Positions 62,631-64,000 of a stretch of DNA of 64,000 nt are shown here, piece by piece. The notes under the pieces are model-generated. The model did not search any database and was not told the origin of the DNA. It saw only the letters and a program-made list of their open reading frames with translations. Both the position numbers and the translations under genes were made by a program. Location: NCBI GenBank assembly GCA_035221665.1, contig CM069131.1, positions 133,424,001-133,488,000 of the forward strand, in the 5' to 3' direction. Each line of letters begins with the position of its first letter. Within the stretch, counting starts at the first letter, position 1. This DNA comes from Okamejei kenojei (Eukaryota).

Positions 62631-62928
62631 GAATCACAATTAAGGTTCAATTAAGTACTTTCAATTAATAGTATATCCAGTGCTCCTGAGTGACCGAAAA
62701 TAAAACTTATTGAACTGAAGTACCCTGAGCATTCTTTAGTGCAAGTTAGTTGCTGTTGTGCATGGAAGCTTAAATGGAATATATGTGTGCAAAGTTTAGG
62801 GAGATATTTATTATTACTAACCTAATGAGTGCCTAATTAGGAAAAAATAGATTTTGTTGGTGTTCCCACTGTGAAACTACCATTCAAATGGTCAAGTAGA
62901 TATCACATTGAGTGAAAAGATCTTTTAC

Positions 62929-63072
62929 CTCATTGAGAGAAAACACGTAAACTCTTCCTTCCTCATTTTTGTGTGAACCCATATACATGGGTGACCCAAC
63001 CAACAGTACATCTGTCAGTGAGTCGCGGTTAACATCCACAGAGCAAAGCACACTGCCAAAATATGAACCAAG
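62929..63072 (-). CDS. ITGA2: Integrin alpha-2 exon (human exon 13 equivalent; FG-GAP repeat with cation-binding loop)
   Basis: AG/GT bounded, 144 nt: [48 protein letters not shown]. Confidence 0.96.
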
Positions 63073-63928
63073 CTGCAAAACAAATTATGAAAACATAACA
63101 TTTATTAAAACATTTCTATTATAGAATTAGAGGTTAAATATTTGATCTTCATGGTATAAGATTCCAACTATTCACGCCCTATTTTTCCTCCTTTGCAATG
63201 AAATCTTGTATTCTCTCCTCAGTACAGTGGCAATAATCTATGCATTATCCTAGATTCACATCTGAATTACAGCATGCACAGGAGAGTGGTGGTAAAAAGA
63301 CCAAAGGACATTGGTCTCCCTTTGCTTCTCTGGGACTTCGTAAGGCGTTTCCATGATATGACTTCACTTGTTTCCTACTTGTATAGTAATATTTGTGGAG
63401 GGATGAGGAATGTTCTGCCTTTATTGTAAATGAGGACAAATGGTCTACATAAAGTTAACAAAAACTGCTTTTCAACCACTCTTTAGGCATATATAGATAA
63501 AACCTTGTCTCCGATATTTCAATCACGGGAACAACTCAAGTAATGGATGGGACAGGCAAGTGTTCCACTGTACAGTCAAAGAGTTATAGAGTTACACTGC
63601 ACAGAAACAGGCCCTTCAACCCAACTCATCTATGCAGACCATAGTGCCCCATTTAAGTGAGTCCCATTTGCCCACGTTTGGCCATTATCTCTCTGAAACT
63701 TTCCGATCCAGGTACCTTTACCCATTCCTTCAATCCAGAGATGCTGCCTGTCCCGCTGAGTTACTCCAGCATTTTGTGTTTATCTTTGGTTTAAGCATCT
63801 GCAGTTCGTTCCCACATACCTTCCAAGTCTGTTTTAAATGCTGTTATAGTGCCTGCCTTAACTACCTCTTCTGTCAGCTTGTTCCATATGCCAACCACCT
63901 TCTGAGTTAAAATATTGCCCCTCAGGTT

Positions 63929-64000
63929 AACCATATAACCATATAACAATTACAGCACGGAAACAGGCCCTCTCGGCCCTTCCAGTCCGTGCCGACCATT
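63929..64000 (-). mobile_element. 3' end of a fourth copy of the young CR1, nested in an older CR1 3' fragment (about 63590-63928)
   Basis: AACCATAT tail followed by sequence matching 9070-9138. Confidence 0.88.

Noticed and set aside
19699-63072. Assignment to ITGA1, ITGA10 or ITGA11
   Set aside because: TNINFYEI, YDAEI, YLTGV, TRIWxGTF, GFFKRKY and adjacency to MOCS2 all favour ITGA2.

Overview
Eukaryotic (vertebrate) genomic DNA. The repeat landscape (CR1 LINEs, HE1-type V-SINEs, Penelope-derived modules) points to a cartilaginous fish, probably a skate or ray; this is inference. Two host genes converge tail-to-tail, as at human 5q11.2: the last two coding exons of MOCS2 (MOCS2B, + strand, 5811-5934 and 8245-8313) and the last 18 exons of integrin alpha-2 (ITGA2, - strand, 63072 to 19699). 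The ITGA2 exons are all GT-AG, phase-consistent and total 2130 nt = 709 aa + stop. Everything else is intronic or intergenic and dominated by mobile elements: two near-full-length young CR1 LINEs with esterase ORF1 in opposite orientation, many older CR1 fragments, Rex1/Babar-type LINE fragments, V-SINEs, Harbinger-like MITEs, non-autonomous Helitron-like elements carrying minisatellites, and Penelope-like (GIY-YIG) remnants. Most long ORFs in the supplied track are LINE remnants or their antisense. The most interesting signals are: (1) small, TSD-flanked, often hairpin-shaped modules carrying a minimal hammerhead-ribozyme core; (2) a tRNA-Glu head fused to a Rex1-type LINE tail; (3) a CR1 insertion right at the likely ITGA2 polyA site; (4) inverted LINE pairs bracketing in-frame exon blocks; (5) a palindrome shared by different MITE families. 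No prokaryotic-type system (CRISPR, operon) is present. All comparisons were made by eye and from recalled sequences; no searches were run.
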